The notes: generated from the sequence alone by a model not told the origin. A DNA stretch of 64,000 bases from an uncultured Oscillospiraceae bacterium (GCA_964521735.1 CAZFTO010000002.1:56710-120709); one strand, 5' to 3'; counted from the stretch's first letter, positions 38,138 to 48,003 are shown. Translations and numbers: made by a program.

Positions 38138-39539
38138 ATGGATTATTTGCGGGAAATAACAAAAATTTACGGCCGTCAGGACGAATTTTTGCATCGCAGT
38201 TTGCATGGCGGCAAAATAAGTGTGCTTAGCTTAGATACCATTTGCGACGACAAGAAGGTTTGCAACTACGTTTTGCAACCACTTGCGCAAGTTACCGAAA
38301 ATTGCACGTCGCAGGATATTTTTCAAAAAATTTTATTGGGAGCCAATGTCAAAAAGGAACCAAACGTGCAAGCTGCCGTGGCCGATATTGCCAACGGCTA
38401 CGCTTTGGTGCTGGTGGAAGAAGTTTGTTTTGCCGTCGATGCCCGTCTTGCCGTTGGGCGCGCCGTGATCGAACCTCCCACGTCCATGGTTATGCGCGGT
38501 CCTCGCGAAGGTTTCACAGAGGACGTAAAAACCAACTTGGCCCTGCTGCGCAAGCGACTAAAAACGCAAAATTTCAAAACGGAAAATTTTTCGGTTGGCA
38601 AATATACCAACACGACGGTTGCCGTGTGCTACTTGCAAGGTGTGGCCAAAAAGCAGCTTGTGGATAACGTCGTGCAAAAGTTGCAAAGAGTGGACGTGGA
38701 CGGCGTGTTGGATAGCAGCTATTTAGCTCGCTATTTGGATGGCAACAAAACTTTTTTGTTCCGCCGTGTTGGCACGGCAGAAAAACCCGATATTGTTGCT
38801 GGCAAACTGTTGGAAGGGCGCATTGCTATCGTTGTGGACGGCTCACCGATGGTGTTAACTGTGCCCTATCTCTACGTTGAAGATTTGCAATCGCCCAGCG
38901 ACTACTACGAAAATTCGCTTATGACAAGCATCAACAGAATTTTGCGTTTGGTAAGCGTGTTGGCTTCCGTCTTGTTGCCGTCGCTCTATGTGTGCTTGCA
39001 AATGTATAACTATCAAATAATTCCCCTAAAATTTTTGATTACCATACTAAACGCCACGCAATCAATTCCCTTTTCGCCCCTTTCGGAAATGCTCATGATA
39101 ATTGTCATTTTCGATATTTTGCGTGAAGCAAACTTGCGAATGCCGTCGGCGGTAGGCATAACTCTTTCGCTTGTAGGAGCAATAGTTTTGGGGGGATGCT
39201 GCCGTCAAGGCCGGTTTGATAGGGGCGCCGGCTGTTATGATTGGTGCACTTTCCGGTATTGGCCTTTTCACCACGCCAGATAACACCCTTATTTTTTCGC
39301 TGTTGCGTTTTGCAATAACTTTTGTGGGCGGAATAATGGGCATAATGGGCGTGTTGCTTTCGGCGTTGCTAATTTTGCTATATTTGGCATCGTTGGAAGA
39401 ATACCAAACGCCACTTTTGGCGCCCTTTGCACCCGATCTTCCGCAGGATAGGCAGGATGCAGTTTTGCAAAGTCCGTTGCCTTCGCAAAAAAAGCGCCCG
39501 TCGTCTTTTCCTAACCAAAATAGAACAAGAAGGGGCTAG
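38138..39539 (+). pseudogene. GerA-family spore germination protein (A subunit), frameshifted in a G6 run
   Basis: The GerAA/GerKA-like sequence continues from frame 2 (ends 39283) into frame 0 (39216-39539). Removing one G from GGGGGG at 39190-39195 gives the continuous sequence ...VLGDAAVKAGLIGAPAVMIGALSGIG... Confidence 0.8.
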
Positions 39540-39542
39540 CAG

Positions 39543-40658
39543 ATGAACAAAATAAACATAACACAAATTTCTTTGTTGGTGTTGCTAACAATAAGCGGCG
39601 GCAAATTCTTGTCGTTGCCTTCCATTTTGGCGGCCGACGTCGGGCACGACAGTTGGTTGGTTTTGTGCATCAATTTTGCGATGGATGCATTGTGTTTGTG
39701 CTTTTTGCTGTGGGCGCTAAAACAAAACAAACACAAACTAAGTTTGGACGAAGTGCTGGGCGCCACCCTCACAAAAGTCGGCGCCAAGTTGGTGTTGGCA
39801 ATATTCTTTGTAATGTTTGTTTCTCGCAGCATAATTTTGTTGGATTCGTGCTACAAAACGCTTGCGGTAACCTTCGACGTCAACACAAACTGGATACTTT
39901 TCACTTTGCCCATCGTTGTCGTTGCCGCTTGCGCCATCAAGTGGGGATTCAACTGCATTGCACGTGTGGCGCAGGTGTTGTTTGCGCTAATATTTTTGTC
40001 CATTGTTGCTATTTTGATCTATCCCACCACCAAGGCGCAGTTTTCGCAGTTGTTGCCCGTTGGAGAAGCAGGGTTTGCAAAAATATTTCAAACGGCATTT
40101 TTGCGTAGTTTTTGGTTTTCCGACTACGTGTTTATCTATTTCGTGATGGAAAATGTCCGTCCGCAAAAAAGGGTGTTTTTGCCTGTTCTTAGCAGTTTTG
40201 CAGTGGGCGTGGTGGTAACGGTGCTCTTAAACGCCGTTTTCGTTGCATTGTTCGGGGAGTTTGCGCAGTTCAGCAAGCTGGCAATGAGCAAAATTGGACT
40301 GTTTTCGGCAACGGCATCGTCCAACGGCCGTTGGGATTGGCTAACTCTTTCCGCATGGCTAATTTCGGTGGTTATAAAGATAGTCATTTTTATTTTTTGT
40401 GCCTACAAGTGCGTGGAAAAAGCCTTCGAAAAGCATTTTTCAAAGGTCAATTTGGCTGTGTTGGGCGTTATTTTTGTGTTTTTGCTGTTGCCCATGGTAG
40501 TTTCGGTGGATGCATTTATGAATCAATTTTTGTCTCGCTGCGCCTACGTGTTTGCTGTGGTGCAATATCTTTTGCCACTTGCTATGCCATTACTAACAAA
40601 AATTGCAAACACCAAAAGGTTTGGCCGGGGTGGTTTTGCGGAGGCGGCCGATGCGTGA
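39543..40658 (+). CDS. Spore germination protein, GerAB/GerKB-type (APC-like permease)
   Basis: About 10 TM segments with an MNKINITQISLLVLLTISGGKF start typical of Ger B subunits. It starts 4 nt after the A-subunit stop. Confidence 0.85.
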   Translation: MNKINITQISLLVLLTISGGKFLSLPSILAADVGHDSWLVLCINFAMDALCLCFLLWALKQNKHKLSLDEVLGATLTKVGAKLVLAIFFVMFVSRSIILLDSCYKTLAVTFDVNTNWILFTLPIVVVAACAIKWGFNCIARVAQVLFALIFLSIVAILIYPTTKAQFSQLLPVGEAGFAKIFQTAFLRSFWFSDYVFIYFVMENVRPQKRVFLPVLSSFAVGVVVTVLLNAVFVALFGEFAQFSKLAMSKIGLFSATASSNGRWDWLTLSAWLISVVIKIVIFIFCAYKCVEKAFEKHFSKVNLAVLGVIFVFLLLPMVVSVDAFMNQFLSRCAYVFAVVQYLLPLAMPLLTKIANTKRFGRGGFAEAADA

Positions 40659-41757
40659 TCTAAAAAGAATATTGGTGGTTTTTGTGTTTTTTGTTGTGAC
40701 GGTGGTGGTTTCCGTCGGCTACAAAGGCAACGAAATTTCGCGCCGTGGCATAGTGCTGGGCGTTGGCATTGATAGGTGCGAAAGCGGCGTTATGGTAACG
40801 GCGGAAGTGGTAAGCCCCGGCAACGGCAGTGAAGAAGTGGGCACGTTTAGCAAAACCGTTTCGGCATTTGGCAAAACGGTGGCTGAAGGGTTGCAAAACA
40901 TTGCGGAAAAAACCGGCAAAGAAACGTCTCTTGGGCAGTGCGTTCTTGTCGTCTACGGCGAAGAAATGATGCGTGGCGACATTGCCGATGCAACAGATTA
41001 TTTCATAAAATCCGATAGTTGCAAGGAAAGCACCGTCGTTTGTTGTTGCGTTGGCACGGCGCAAAATTTGCTAAAAAATAGCGACGCTCTTTCCCAAAGT
41101 GTGTCGTTATCCTTGGCGGACAAACTAAAAGACGTGGCGCAAAACGTGGCATTGCCTTCATGCGATTTGCTCACTTTTGCACGCGGTCAAAAAGAAGGTT
41201 ATCAAACGGGCTACTTAAATTTGGTGTATTTTCAACAGATCGACGTGCCAAACAAGCAACAGCCTCAAGGATATTTTGTGTCGCAAAACGTGGCTGTTTT
41301 TCGCAGCAACAAATTTGTTGGCGTTTTGAGCGAGCCAGAAACACAAGGCCTTGCGTTGCTATCCCAAAGCGTTTCTGGCAACGTTTTCACCGTCAACAAT
41401 AACACTCTTGCAACGCTAAGAGTAAACACAAAAAACATTTCGGCAAACAGGCGTGGCAATCAGGTAGATTTCACAGTCGACCTCTACGTTAAGTTGGCGC
41501 GCACCGATAGTTTTGGCGCCGGCGGAAAATTCACCGCCAAAACGGAATCGGAAATTACCCAAAGCATGCTAGATCAAGCAACGGAACAAGCCTACTTTTT
41601 GGCACAAACGTTTTTGCAAAAGCAAACGCAGTGGCAATTCGATTTGATTGGTCTGCACGAATTATTTCGCCGCCAGTATGGTTCGGCGCAGTGGGTAAAA
41701 ACTTTGCCCACAAGTTCCATTCTTGTCAACCTAAAAATAAATGTGCATGAAAAGTAG
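40651..41757 (+). CDS. Ger(x)C family spore germination protein
   Basis: GIVLGVGID and later GerC-like segments. ATG 40651 overlaps the B-subunit stop. The N-terminal hydrophobic segment has no lipobox cysteine. Confidence 0.8.
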   Translation: MRDLKRILVVFVFFVVTVVVSVGYKGNEISRRGIVLGVGIDRCESGVMVTAEVVSPGNGSEEVGTFSKTVSAFGKTVAEGLQNIAEKTGKETSLGQCVLVVYGEEMMRGDIADATDYFIKSDSCKESTVVCCCVGTAQNLLKNSDALSQSVSLSLADKLKDVAQNVALPSCDLLTFARGQKEGYQTGYLNLVYFQQIDVPNKQQPQGYFVSQNVAVFRSNKFVGVLSEPETQGLALLSQSVSGNVFTVNNNTLATLRVNTKNISANRRGNQVDFTVDLYVKLARTDSFGAGGKFTAKTESEITQSMLDQATEQAYFLAQTFLQKQTQWQFDLIGLHELFRRQYGSAQWVKTLPTSSILVNLKINVHEK

Positions 41758-41973
41758 TTTTGAACAAACGGCTTGCCGGCCGCTAGCGTTAAGCCGAAAA
41801 TTTGCACAAAATTATCAACTTGAAATTGAGTTCGGCGTTGCAACGTGCGAAAGTGGCAATCATCGCGTGCCCCGAGGTATCGTTGCAATAAAACTTTTGC
41901 CCGTTAGTTTGGCTTTTTCACCATACGTTTGGGGCACGAAGAGCTGTTTCAACGATATTTGTGCTTTGTCTTT

Positions 41974-42005
41974 TGCCGCCATTTCCGGCGGCATTTTGCT
42001 TTTTC
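41974..42005 (+). terminator. Rho-independent terminator about 220 nt downstream of the ger operon
   Basis: TGCCGCC-ATTTCC-GGCGGCA followed by TTTTGCTTTTT. Confidence 0.7.
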
Positions 42006-42021
42006 GGCAAAAATATTTTTA

Positions 42022-42050
42022 TTGACTATGTGGCATATTCGTGCTAAAAT
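42022..42050 (+). promoter_or_regulatory. Candidate sigma-A promoter of the aminopeptidase/ATP-grasp/PGM cluster
   Basis: TTGACT, 17 nt, TGcTAAAAT (extended -10), 40 nt before ATG 42090, which has a GGAGGTGG SD. Confidence 0.6.
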
Positions 42051-42089
42051 GCTAATTGTCAAAATATGGTCAATTTGGAGGTGGCTTAA

Positions 42090-43346
42090 ATGAGCATAAA
42101 AGAATTTCTAAGCCAAAACTACACTGCCTATCACGTTGTGCAAAACGTGTGCAAAACGCTAACGGAACATGGTTTTTTGCCCCTTGCTTGGGGAGAAGAC
42201 TGGCACCTGCAACAAGGCGACAAGCGTTTTATCACGCAAAACGGAAGTTCCGTGATTGCTTTTGTGGTGGGAGAGGGCAAGTTTTTTAACGTTTGCGAAA
42301 GCCACACCGATAGCCCTTGTTTCAAAATTAAAGGTTCCTCCGTTTTGGAGGGCACCGTCAACCGCCTCAACGTTGAAAAATACGGCGGTGGATTGGTCTA
42401 TTCGTTTGTGGATAGGCCGCTAAAAATTGCCGGCCGTCTGCTTGTGGAAACGGAAAACGGCGTTCAAGAGCAGGTTGTTGCTAGCAACTATCAAGTAGTC
42501 GTTCCTTCGCTGGCCATTCATCACAATCCGACGGCCAACGATGGTATTTCTTTCAATTTACAAAACGACGTGCTTCCGTTGTTTTCTCAAACGGAAACCG
42601 ATTTGTACAAAACGCTCACCGACAAAAAAGTTTTGGATGCCGATTTGTTCTTGGTGCCTGCAACGCAAGCTTTCAGCGCCGGTGCGCAAAACGAATTTGT
42701 TTGTTCTCCCCGCATCGACAACCAAACTAGCGTGTTTTGTTCGCTAAACGCGTTGCTTTCCGCTTGTCCGCAAGGAGTATCGGTTGTTGCCTGCCTCGAC
42801 AACGAAGAAATTGGCAGCGGCACCCGTCAAGGCACACCCGGTTTTTTGAACAAAGTTTTGTGCGCAATCGAAAATTCCCTTGGCTGGAACGAACAACAAA
42901 GAGCATTGGCACGCCACAACGGCATGGTGCTTTCGGTGGATAATGGACACGCTATTCACCCCGCCCATCCAGAAAAGAGCGACCCTAAGCAAAGCGTAAA
43001 GTTGAATGGCGGCGTGGTGATAAAACACCATCCCAACTATGCAACGGATGGCTTAACTTCCGCATTGTTAAAAAAACTGCTTTCGGATAACAAAATTGCT
43101 TGGCAAGACTACTACAATCGAAGCGACGTGCGTTGCGGTTCCACTTTAGGATTGGCAACTTCCGCCGTGCTACAAATAAAAACTTGCGACATCGGCCTTG
43201 CGCAACTAGCAATGCATTCTGCGTGCGAAACTGTCGGCGCAAAGGATATCGACTGCATGACGCAGGCGCTAACGGCATTTTTGTCGGCGCACTTCCGCAC
43301 AGAAAACCAAAACGTGGTTATCAGCAGCAAGGGGAATTGCCAATGA
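42090..43346 (+). CDS. M18 family (aspartyl-type) aminopeptidase
   Basis: SHTDSPCFKIKG motif, later DNEEIGS, and a His/Asp metal-ligand pattern typical of M18. Confidence 0.85.
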   Translation: MSIKEFLSQNYTAYHVVQNVCKTLTEHGFLPLAWGEDWHLQQGDKRFITQNGSSVIAFVVGEGKFFNVCESHTDSPCFKIKGSSVLEGTVNRLNVEKYGGGLVYSFVDRPLKIAGRLLVETENGVQEQVVASNYQVVVPSLAIHHNPTANDGISFNLQNDVLPLFSQTETDLYKTLTDKKVLDADLFLVPATQAFSAGAQNEFVCSPRIDNQTSVFCSLNALLSACPQGVSVVACLDNEEIGSGTRQGTPGFLNKVLCAIENSLGWNEQQRALARHNGMVLSVDNGHAIHPAHPEKSDPKQSVKLNGGVVIKHHPNYATDGLTSALLKKLLSDNKIAWQDYYNRSDVRCGSTLGLATSAVLQIKTCDIGLAQLAMHSACETVGAKDIDCMTQALTAFLSAHFRTENQNVVISSKGNCQ

Positions 43347-44206
43347 AAAGCGGTTGGCTTGTGGTAAACGGTTTTTTGCACAGCGAAAAATTCAACAATT
43401 TGTATAAGTTTTTCACAAACAGTGCAAAAGAACTCGGCATCCATTTGCAAGTTGTGCCCACAACCCAACTTATTGCCACCGCGCAGGAAGGATTTTCGCA
43501 AAAACCCGATTTTGTGCTGTTTTGGGATAAGGACGTGTGTCTTGCACGTCGGCTGCAAAATTGCGGACTAAAACTGTTCAACTGTGCCGATGCAATAGAA
43601 AACTGCGACAGCAAAACGCTAACGGTAATGCACCTGCTAAACGTTGTCCCCATGCCGCAAACGGTGTTTTCACCCAAAACTTTCGATGGCGTTGGCTATG
43701 GCGATTTGGGCTTTGTTCAAGTTGCCGCACAAAAACTTGGTTTGCCCATGGTGATAAAGGAATCGTTCGGTTCCTTCGGGCAACAGGTGTATTTGGCTCA
43801 CACCATGGACAATGCAAAACAAATTGTGCAATCGCTTGCTGGCAAGGACTTTTTGATGCAGCAATTTGTTGCCGAAAGTTTTGGCAAAGACGTTCGCGTA
43901 AACGTGGTTGGCGGCAGGGTTATAAATGCCGTAATGCGCCAAGGTGCAGAAGGCGATTTTCGCTCCAACGTCACTTTGGGCGGAAACATGCAAGCTTGCC
44001 AAATAGATCCGCTAATGGAACAGTACGCATTGTCTGCCTGTCAAACGCTAGGTTTGGATTTTGCCGGTGTGGATTTTTTGCTTAGCAACAACGGCCCGTT
44101 GCTGTGCGAAGTGAACTCTAACATGCATTTTCAGTCTACTTTCGAATGTACCGGCGTAGATTTAAGCAAAGAAATTTTGCAACACGTTTTGCAAAAGATC
44201 AACTAG
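43343..44206 (+). CDS. RimK-family ATP-grasp ligase
   Basis: ATP-grasp motifs (IKESFGSFGQQV, DFRSNVTLGG, AGVDFLL...EVNSN). ATGA overlap with the aminopeptidase stop. Confidence 0.85.
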   Translation: MKSGWLVVNGFLHSEKFNNLYKFFTNSAKELGIHLQVVPTTQLIATAQEGFSQKPDFVLFWDKDVCLARRLQNCGLKLFNCADAIENCDSKTLTVMHLLNVVPMPQTVFSPKTFDGVGYGDLGFVQVAAQKLGLPMVIKESFGSFGQQVYLAHTMDNAKQIVQSLAGKDFLMQQFVAESFGKDVRVNVVGGRVINAVMRQGAEGDFRSNVTLGGNMQACQIDPLMEQYALSACQTLGLDFAGVDFLLSNNGPLLCEVNSNMHFQSTFECTGVDLSKEILQHVLQKIN

Positions 44207-44229
44207 GGCAAGCCCCAAGGAGGTTATTT

Positions 44230-45873
44230 ATGGAAGAATATCTTTCTCGTTACGAATTTTGGTGCAAAAACGCCAAAGATGCCGACGTTATAAGCAGTTT
44301 GCAACAAATGCAAAACAACGAAAAAAGCAAGCAAGATGCATTCTATGCCGATATCGAATTTGGCACGGCAGGTTTGCGTGGAATAATGGAAGCCGGCCCC
44401 AACCGCATGAACGTCTACACGGTGTTCCGTGCAACTGCGGGCGTTGCATCCTACATGAAAAAACACAATTTCACCTCTTGCGCAATCACCTACGATTCTC
44501 GCAACAATTCTCAAAAATTTTCCCAAGTGGCGGCTGCAACACTGGCTTCGCAGGGCATAAAAGTTTTTCTCACTCGGGAATGTATGCCCACTCCGTTTTT
44601 GTCCTTTATGGTGCGCAATTATCATGCAGATATGGGGCTTAATGTCACGGCTTCCCACAACGCTGCGCAGTATAACGGCTACAAAGTGTACGACAAAAAC
44701 GGTTGCCAACTTACCGACGACGATGCCAACGAAGTTATGCAACACATTCTAACCATCGATCCGTTTGCAACACCGTTGCCAAGTTTTGAGCAATACGAAA
44801 GTCAAATAACCTATGCCGACGAGGCCATGGAAGAATGCTACAAGGCTTCTGTTTTGGCCGAAAGTTTGAACAAGGCCGACGTTTCGGTGGTGTATTCACC
44901 TCTAAACGGCGCCGGCTATCGCATTGTGCCGGAAGTTTTGCGCAAAGTTGGCGCAACAGTTACGGTGGTTCCAGAACAATCAATGCCTAACGGCAATTTC
45001 CCAACTTGTCCCTATCCAAACCCCGAACGCCACGAAGCGCTTTCACTAGCGTTGGCACTGGCCAAGGACGTCGATTTGGTTGTTGCCAACGACCCCGATA
45101 GCGATAGGCTTGGCGTTGCCGTTTGCACAAAACAAGGCTACCAAATTCTTAGCGGCAACGAAGTGGGCCAATTGTTGTGCGACTACGTGCTTTCCGTGCG
45201 CTCAGAACGTGCAAATTTGCCGCAAAACCCGATAGTTGTCAAAACCATAGTTTCCACCCCCATGGTGGATAAAATTGCCGCCCACTACGGCGCGCAAGTG
45301 GTGGACGTGCTAACCGGCTTCAAGTACATAGGCAACGTGATAAACAAGTTGGAACAAACCGGCCACGAAAACGACTTCGTGTTTGGTTTTGAAGAAAGCT
45401 GCGGCTACTTGAAGGGTTCCTACGTGCGCGATAAGGACGGCGTCGTTGCCGCAATGCTCATTTGTGAATGCGCCGCCTACTACAAAAAGCAGGGCAAAAC
45501 GCTTGTGGATAGGCTCAAAGAACTTTCCCGGCAGTTTGGCAACTACACTTTCCGTCCCGTTGCATATACTTTCCAAGGCATCGAAGGTGCCGAAAAGAAG
45601 GAACAAATTTTTTGCAATTTGCGCAAACACCCCTTGCAACAACTGGGTGTCGGCAAAGTGGTGGACGAATGCGACTTTTTGACGCAAACAAAATACGACG
45701 TTCCCAAAACCAACGTTTTGCGTTACAGAACGGATGACGGCTGCCAACTTATTTTGCGTCCCAGCGGAACGGAGCCGCTAGTAAAATGCTATTTGTGCGC
45801 CGTCGGTGACGAGCAATCGGCAAACGAAAAATTGACGGCAGTGGTAAAACAACTAAACCAAATTTTCTGCTAG
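44230..45873 (+). CDS. Alpha-D-phosphohexomutase (phosphoglucomutase/phosphomannomutase)
   Basis: GTAGLRG, TASHNAAQYNGYKVY (active-site Ser loop), DPDSDR (Mg site) and a GEESCGY-like motif. AAGGAGG SD. Confidence 0.9.
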   Translation: MEEYLSRYEFWCKNAKDADVISSLQQMQNNEKSKQDAFYADIEFGTAGLRGIMEAGPNRMNVYTVFRATAGVASYMKKHNFTSCAITYDSRNNSQKFSQVAAATLASQGIKVFLTRECMPTPFLSFMVRNYHADMGLNVTASHNAAQYNGYKVYDKNGCQLTDDDANEVMQHILTIDPFATPLPSFEQYESQITYADEAMEECYKASVLAESLNKADVSVVYSPLNGAGYRIVPEVLRKVGATVTVVPEQSMPNGNFPTCPYPNPERHEALSLALALAKDVDLVVANDPDSDRLGVAVCTKQGYQILSGNEVGQLLCDYVLSVRSERANLPQNPIVVKTIVSTPMVDKIAAHYGAQVVDVLTGFKYIGNVINKLEQTGHENDFVFGFEESCGYLKGSYVRDKDGVVAAMLICECAAYYKKQGKTLVDRLKELSRQFGNYTFRPVAYTFQGIEGAEKKEQIFCNLRKHPLQQLGVGKVVDECDFLTQTKYDVPKTNVLRYRTDDGCQLILRPSGTEPLVKCYLCAVGDEQSANEKLTAVVKQLNQIFC

Positions 45874-45898
45874 AGTTTTCCAGCAAATGCAAATTTCA

Positions 45899-45935
45899 AA
45901 CGCCCAAGCAAGATTTCTTGCAAGGGCGTTTTTTG
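45899..45935 (+). terminator. Rho-independent terminator after the phosphohexomutase
   Basis: AACGCCC..GCAAGA / TCTTGC..GGGCGTT hairpin followed by TTTTT. Confidence 0.65.
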
Positions 45936-46143
45936 CCGCCGTATAGTTGTCTAAAAACGCGTTTCGGTCGCAATTTTTGTGGCACGTTGCAATTTTTCAT
46001 GTCATATTTTTGCAATTTTTGCTATTTTTCTGGTAAAACTTCGTTTGCGAATTAACAAAAAGGCCAAAACGCTTGCCAATTTTGTGAGGTAAATAGTACA
46101 ATAATGTTGATGTTATCACTTGTAATATAGAGGAGTGGTAATT

Positions 46144-46200
46144 ATGAAAAAATCAATTAAACTATTCACCATTTTGGTGCCTAGCAAACTTGCACTGTGA
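46144..46200 (+). other. 18-codon ORF with strong SD resembling the 5' end of the downstream lipoprotein gene (probable gene remnant)
   Basis: AGAGGAG-N8-ATG encodes MKKSIKLFTILVPSKLAL*. The first 7 codons match MKKSIKL of the gene at 46347. Confidence 0.3.
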
Positions 46201-46346
46201 GCCTGCAAATTGCAAAACCATTTAACGAAATTTCGTGGCATTTTGTGCCGCAAAAAATGTTTGAAAACAAGCTAAAGGCCTTGCAATTTTTTTGCAGGGG
46301 CAACGTTGTTGAAAGAATATCCAAACTGAACAAAAAGGAAATATGC

Positions 46347-46925
46347 ATGAAAAAATCTATCAAACTAGTTGCGTTTTTTGTATTGGTGGCGCTGGCAACT
46401 AGCGCCCTGTTGGCGTTTGTCGCCTGCACGCCCAAAACCGAAGAGCTTCCACAAGCAACCGGCTTGAAATATATCAAAACCATCTGGAACGACCAAGATT
46501 GCTATTTTGTCATCGGTATCGGCACCGAAACTCGCACCGCATTTTCCGTCCCTCAAACGCACGAAGGACTTCCCGTTTGCGGCATTGCGCAGTCCGCATT
46601 CTATGGCAACAAAACCATCGAAGAAATTGTTTTGCCGCAGTCCGTTCAGTACGTTGCAACAATGGCCTTTGCCTTTTGTTCCGTCAAAAAAATCACAGCG
46701 CTTGGTGTCACGCAAATTATGCAAGGCGCTTTTGCCGGCAGTGAATTACAATCGGCCGTTTTGAAGGCTAACGGCGAAGCAAAATGGACTCGGTACTATG
46801 CATCCATGCAATCCGATGCCTATATGTCCGAATTTGGCGCAAAAAATTTTGAACACAACGCCTACGTGCTAACAACGCAAAGCCAAAGCGAATTTCGCTA
46901 CGGCGAAAAGCGCAATAACCATTGA
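46347..46925 (+). CDS. Lipoprotein with BspA-type leucine-rich repeats
   Basis: Signal peptide with lipobox LAFVAC. Repeats of the I..I.LP.SV..I...AF..C form. Confidence 0.7.
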   Translation: MKKSIKLVAFFVLVALATSALLAFVACTPKTEELPQATGLKYIKTIWNDQDCYFVIGIGTETRTAFSVPQTHEGLPVCGIAQSAFYGNKTIEEIVLPQSVQYVATMAFAFCSVKKITALGVTQIMQGAFAGSELQSAVLKANGEAKWTRYYASMQSDAYMSEFGAKNFEHNAYVLTTQSQSEFRYGEKRNNH

Positions 46926-47096
46926 TGTGTAACAACAAAATCAACTTTGTTTTGGCACATTTTTGATGGCAATTTTCAGTATGTCAAAAGGCACACCATT
47001 TTATTGCTCAAATGCGATGATTTTGCCCGACGATGTAAAAGAAAAACACAAAAAAATAGCAGACATTATAACAAACGTCAGTTACTAGGGGTTTGT

Positions 47097-47136
47097 AAAA
47101 AACGGGCGACGCAAGTTTTTACTTGCGCCGCCCGTT
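47097..47136 (-). terminator. Rho-independent terminator of the ABC-2 operon
   Basis: AACGGGCGACGCAAGT / ACTTGCGCCGCCCGTT hairpin. On the minus strand it is followed by TTTTTT. Confidence 0.75.
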
Positions 47137-47190
47137 TGCTATTCAATTGATTCAGAACAACTGTGAGTGACTGTCTTGCTTAGCAAATTT

Positions 47191-48003
47191 CTACTTCAAA
47201 GAGGCCCTTTTAATGGATATGTATCCCAAACCGAAAAACAAGGCAGAAAACACCACGTCGTATAGTATCACCATTCCCATGGCTAAGCCGTTGGGTATAG
47301 TGCCGACAATCATATACAAGTTGTAAAAGGGCAGGCAATCCAAAACTGTTTGAGAAACCGACTTTCCGCTCATTTCCATGGCAAAAAGAATTTCTTCAAT
47401 AATGGATGCAACAATGCCGACACCCACCAAACTTATAACCAGCGGCCAAGCAATAGTTGCCGCTTGTTTGCGTGTGCCGAACAAAAATATGCACACTAGC
47501 GATTGCGTGAACAGTGTGGCACCCAATCCCATTGCAAAGCTGCAAAGTATCACGGAAGTTGCTTCGCCTGCCGGAAGCGTACCGAAGCCCATAACGGGCG
47601 CAAGCATTGCAAATTCAAAAACAAAGTTGGTAACAAAGTAGCTTGCGCCAATAAGCAGAGCAGTTATGCTGTAGGACAAAAACACTTGCGTTCTGCTTTT
47701 GTTGGCCAAAATTGCGTTGCGAACAGTTCCTTGCGAAAATTCTCTGCTAAGCAAAATGGAAGAGCAAATCATTGCAAACAGTGCGGCGTTGGAGGAATAG
47801 GAGGCAAACGACGTCATGGATGCGTATAGGGAATCACCCATGTTTGCCACAAGCGAAACGTCCCCAATGGCGTCCATCAGTGCATCAAGCCCCAAAATCA
47901 GCAACAAGTTGAAAACGGGCAGCACTGCACACAATCCCAAGAACACCCAAAACAAGGTGGATTTTTTCAGTCTGAACAATTGCAGTTGAAGAATACCTTT
48001 CAT
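47191..48003 (-). CDS. ABC-2 type exporter permease
   Basis: Six TM-like segments. The start overlaps the stop of the upstream ATPase gene by 4 nt. Confidence 0.8.
   Translation of the reverse strand: MKGILQLQLFRLKKSTLFWVFLGLCAVLPVFNLLLILGLDALMDAIGDVSLVANMGDSLYASMTSFASYSSNAALFAMICSSILLSREFSQGTVRNAILANKSRTQVFLSYSITALLIGASYFVTNFVFEFAMLAPVMGFGTLPAGEATSVILCSFAMGLGATLFTQSLVCIFLFGTRKQAATIAWPLVISLVGVGIVASIIEEILFAMEMSGKSVSQTVLDCLPFYNLYMIVGTIPNGLAMGMVILYDVVFSALFFGLGYISIKRASLK

Noticed and set aside
41741-42025. 94-aa ORF in the spacer between gerC and the M18 peptidase. ORFs in other long spacers are also covered here: 9123-9443, 18467-18811, 22113-22298, 32677-33026 and 51392-51981.
   Set aside because: These ORFs have no SD. 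Their composition is rich in Cys/Arg/Phe, typical of out-of-frame or non-coding sequence, and they overlap promoters and terminators.
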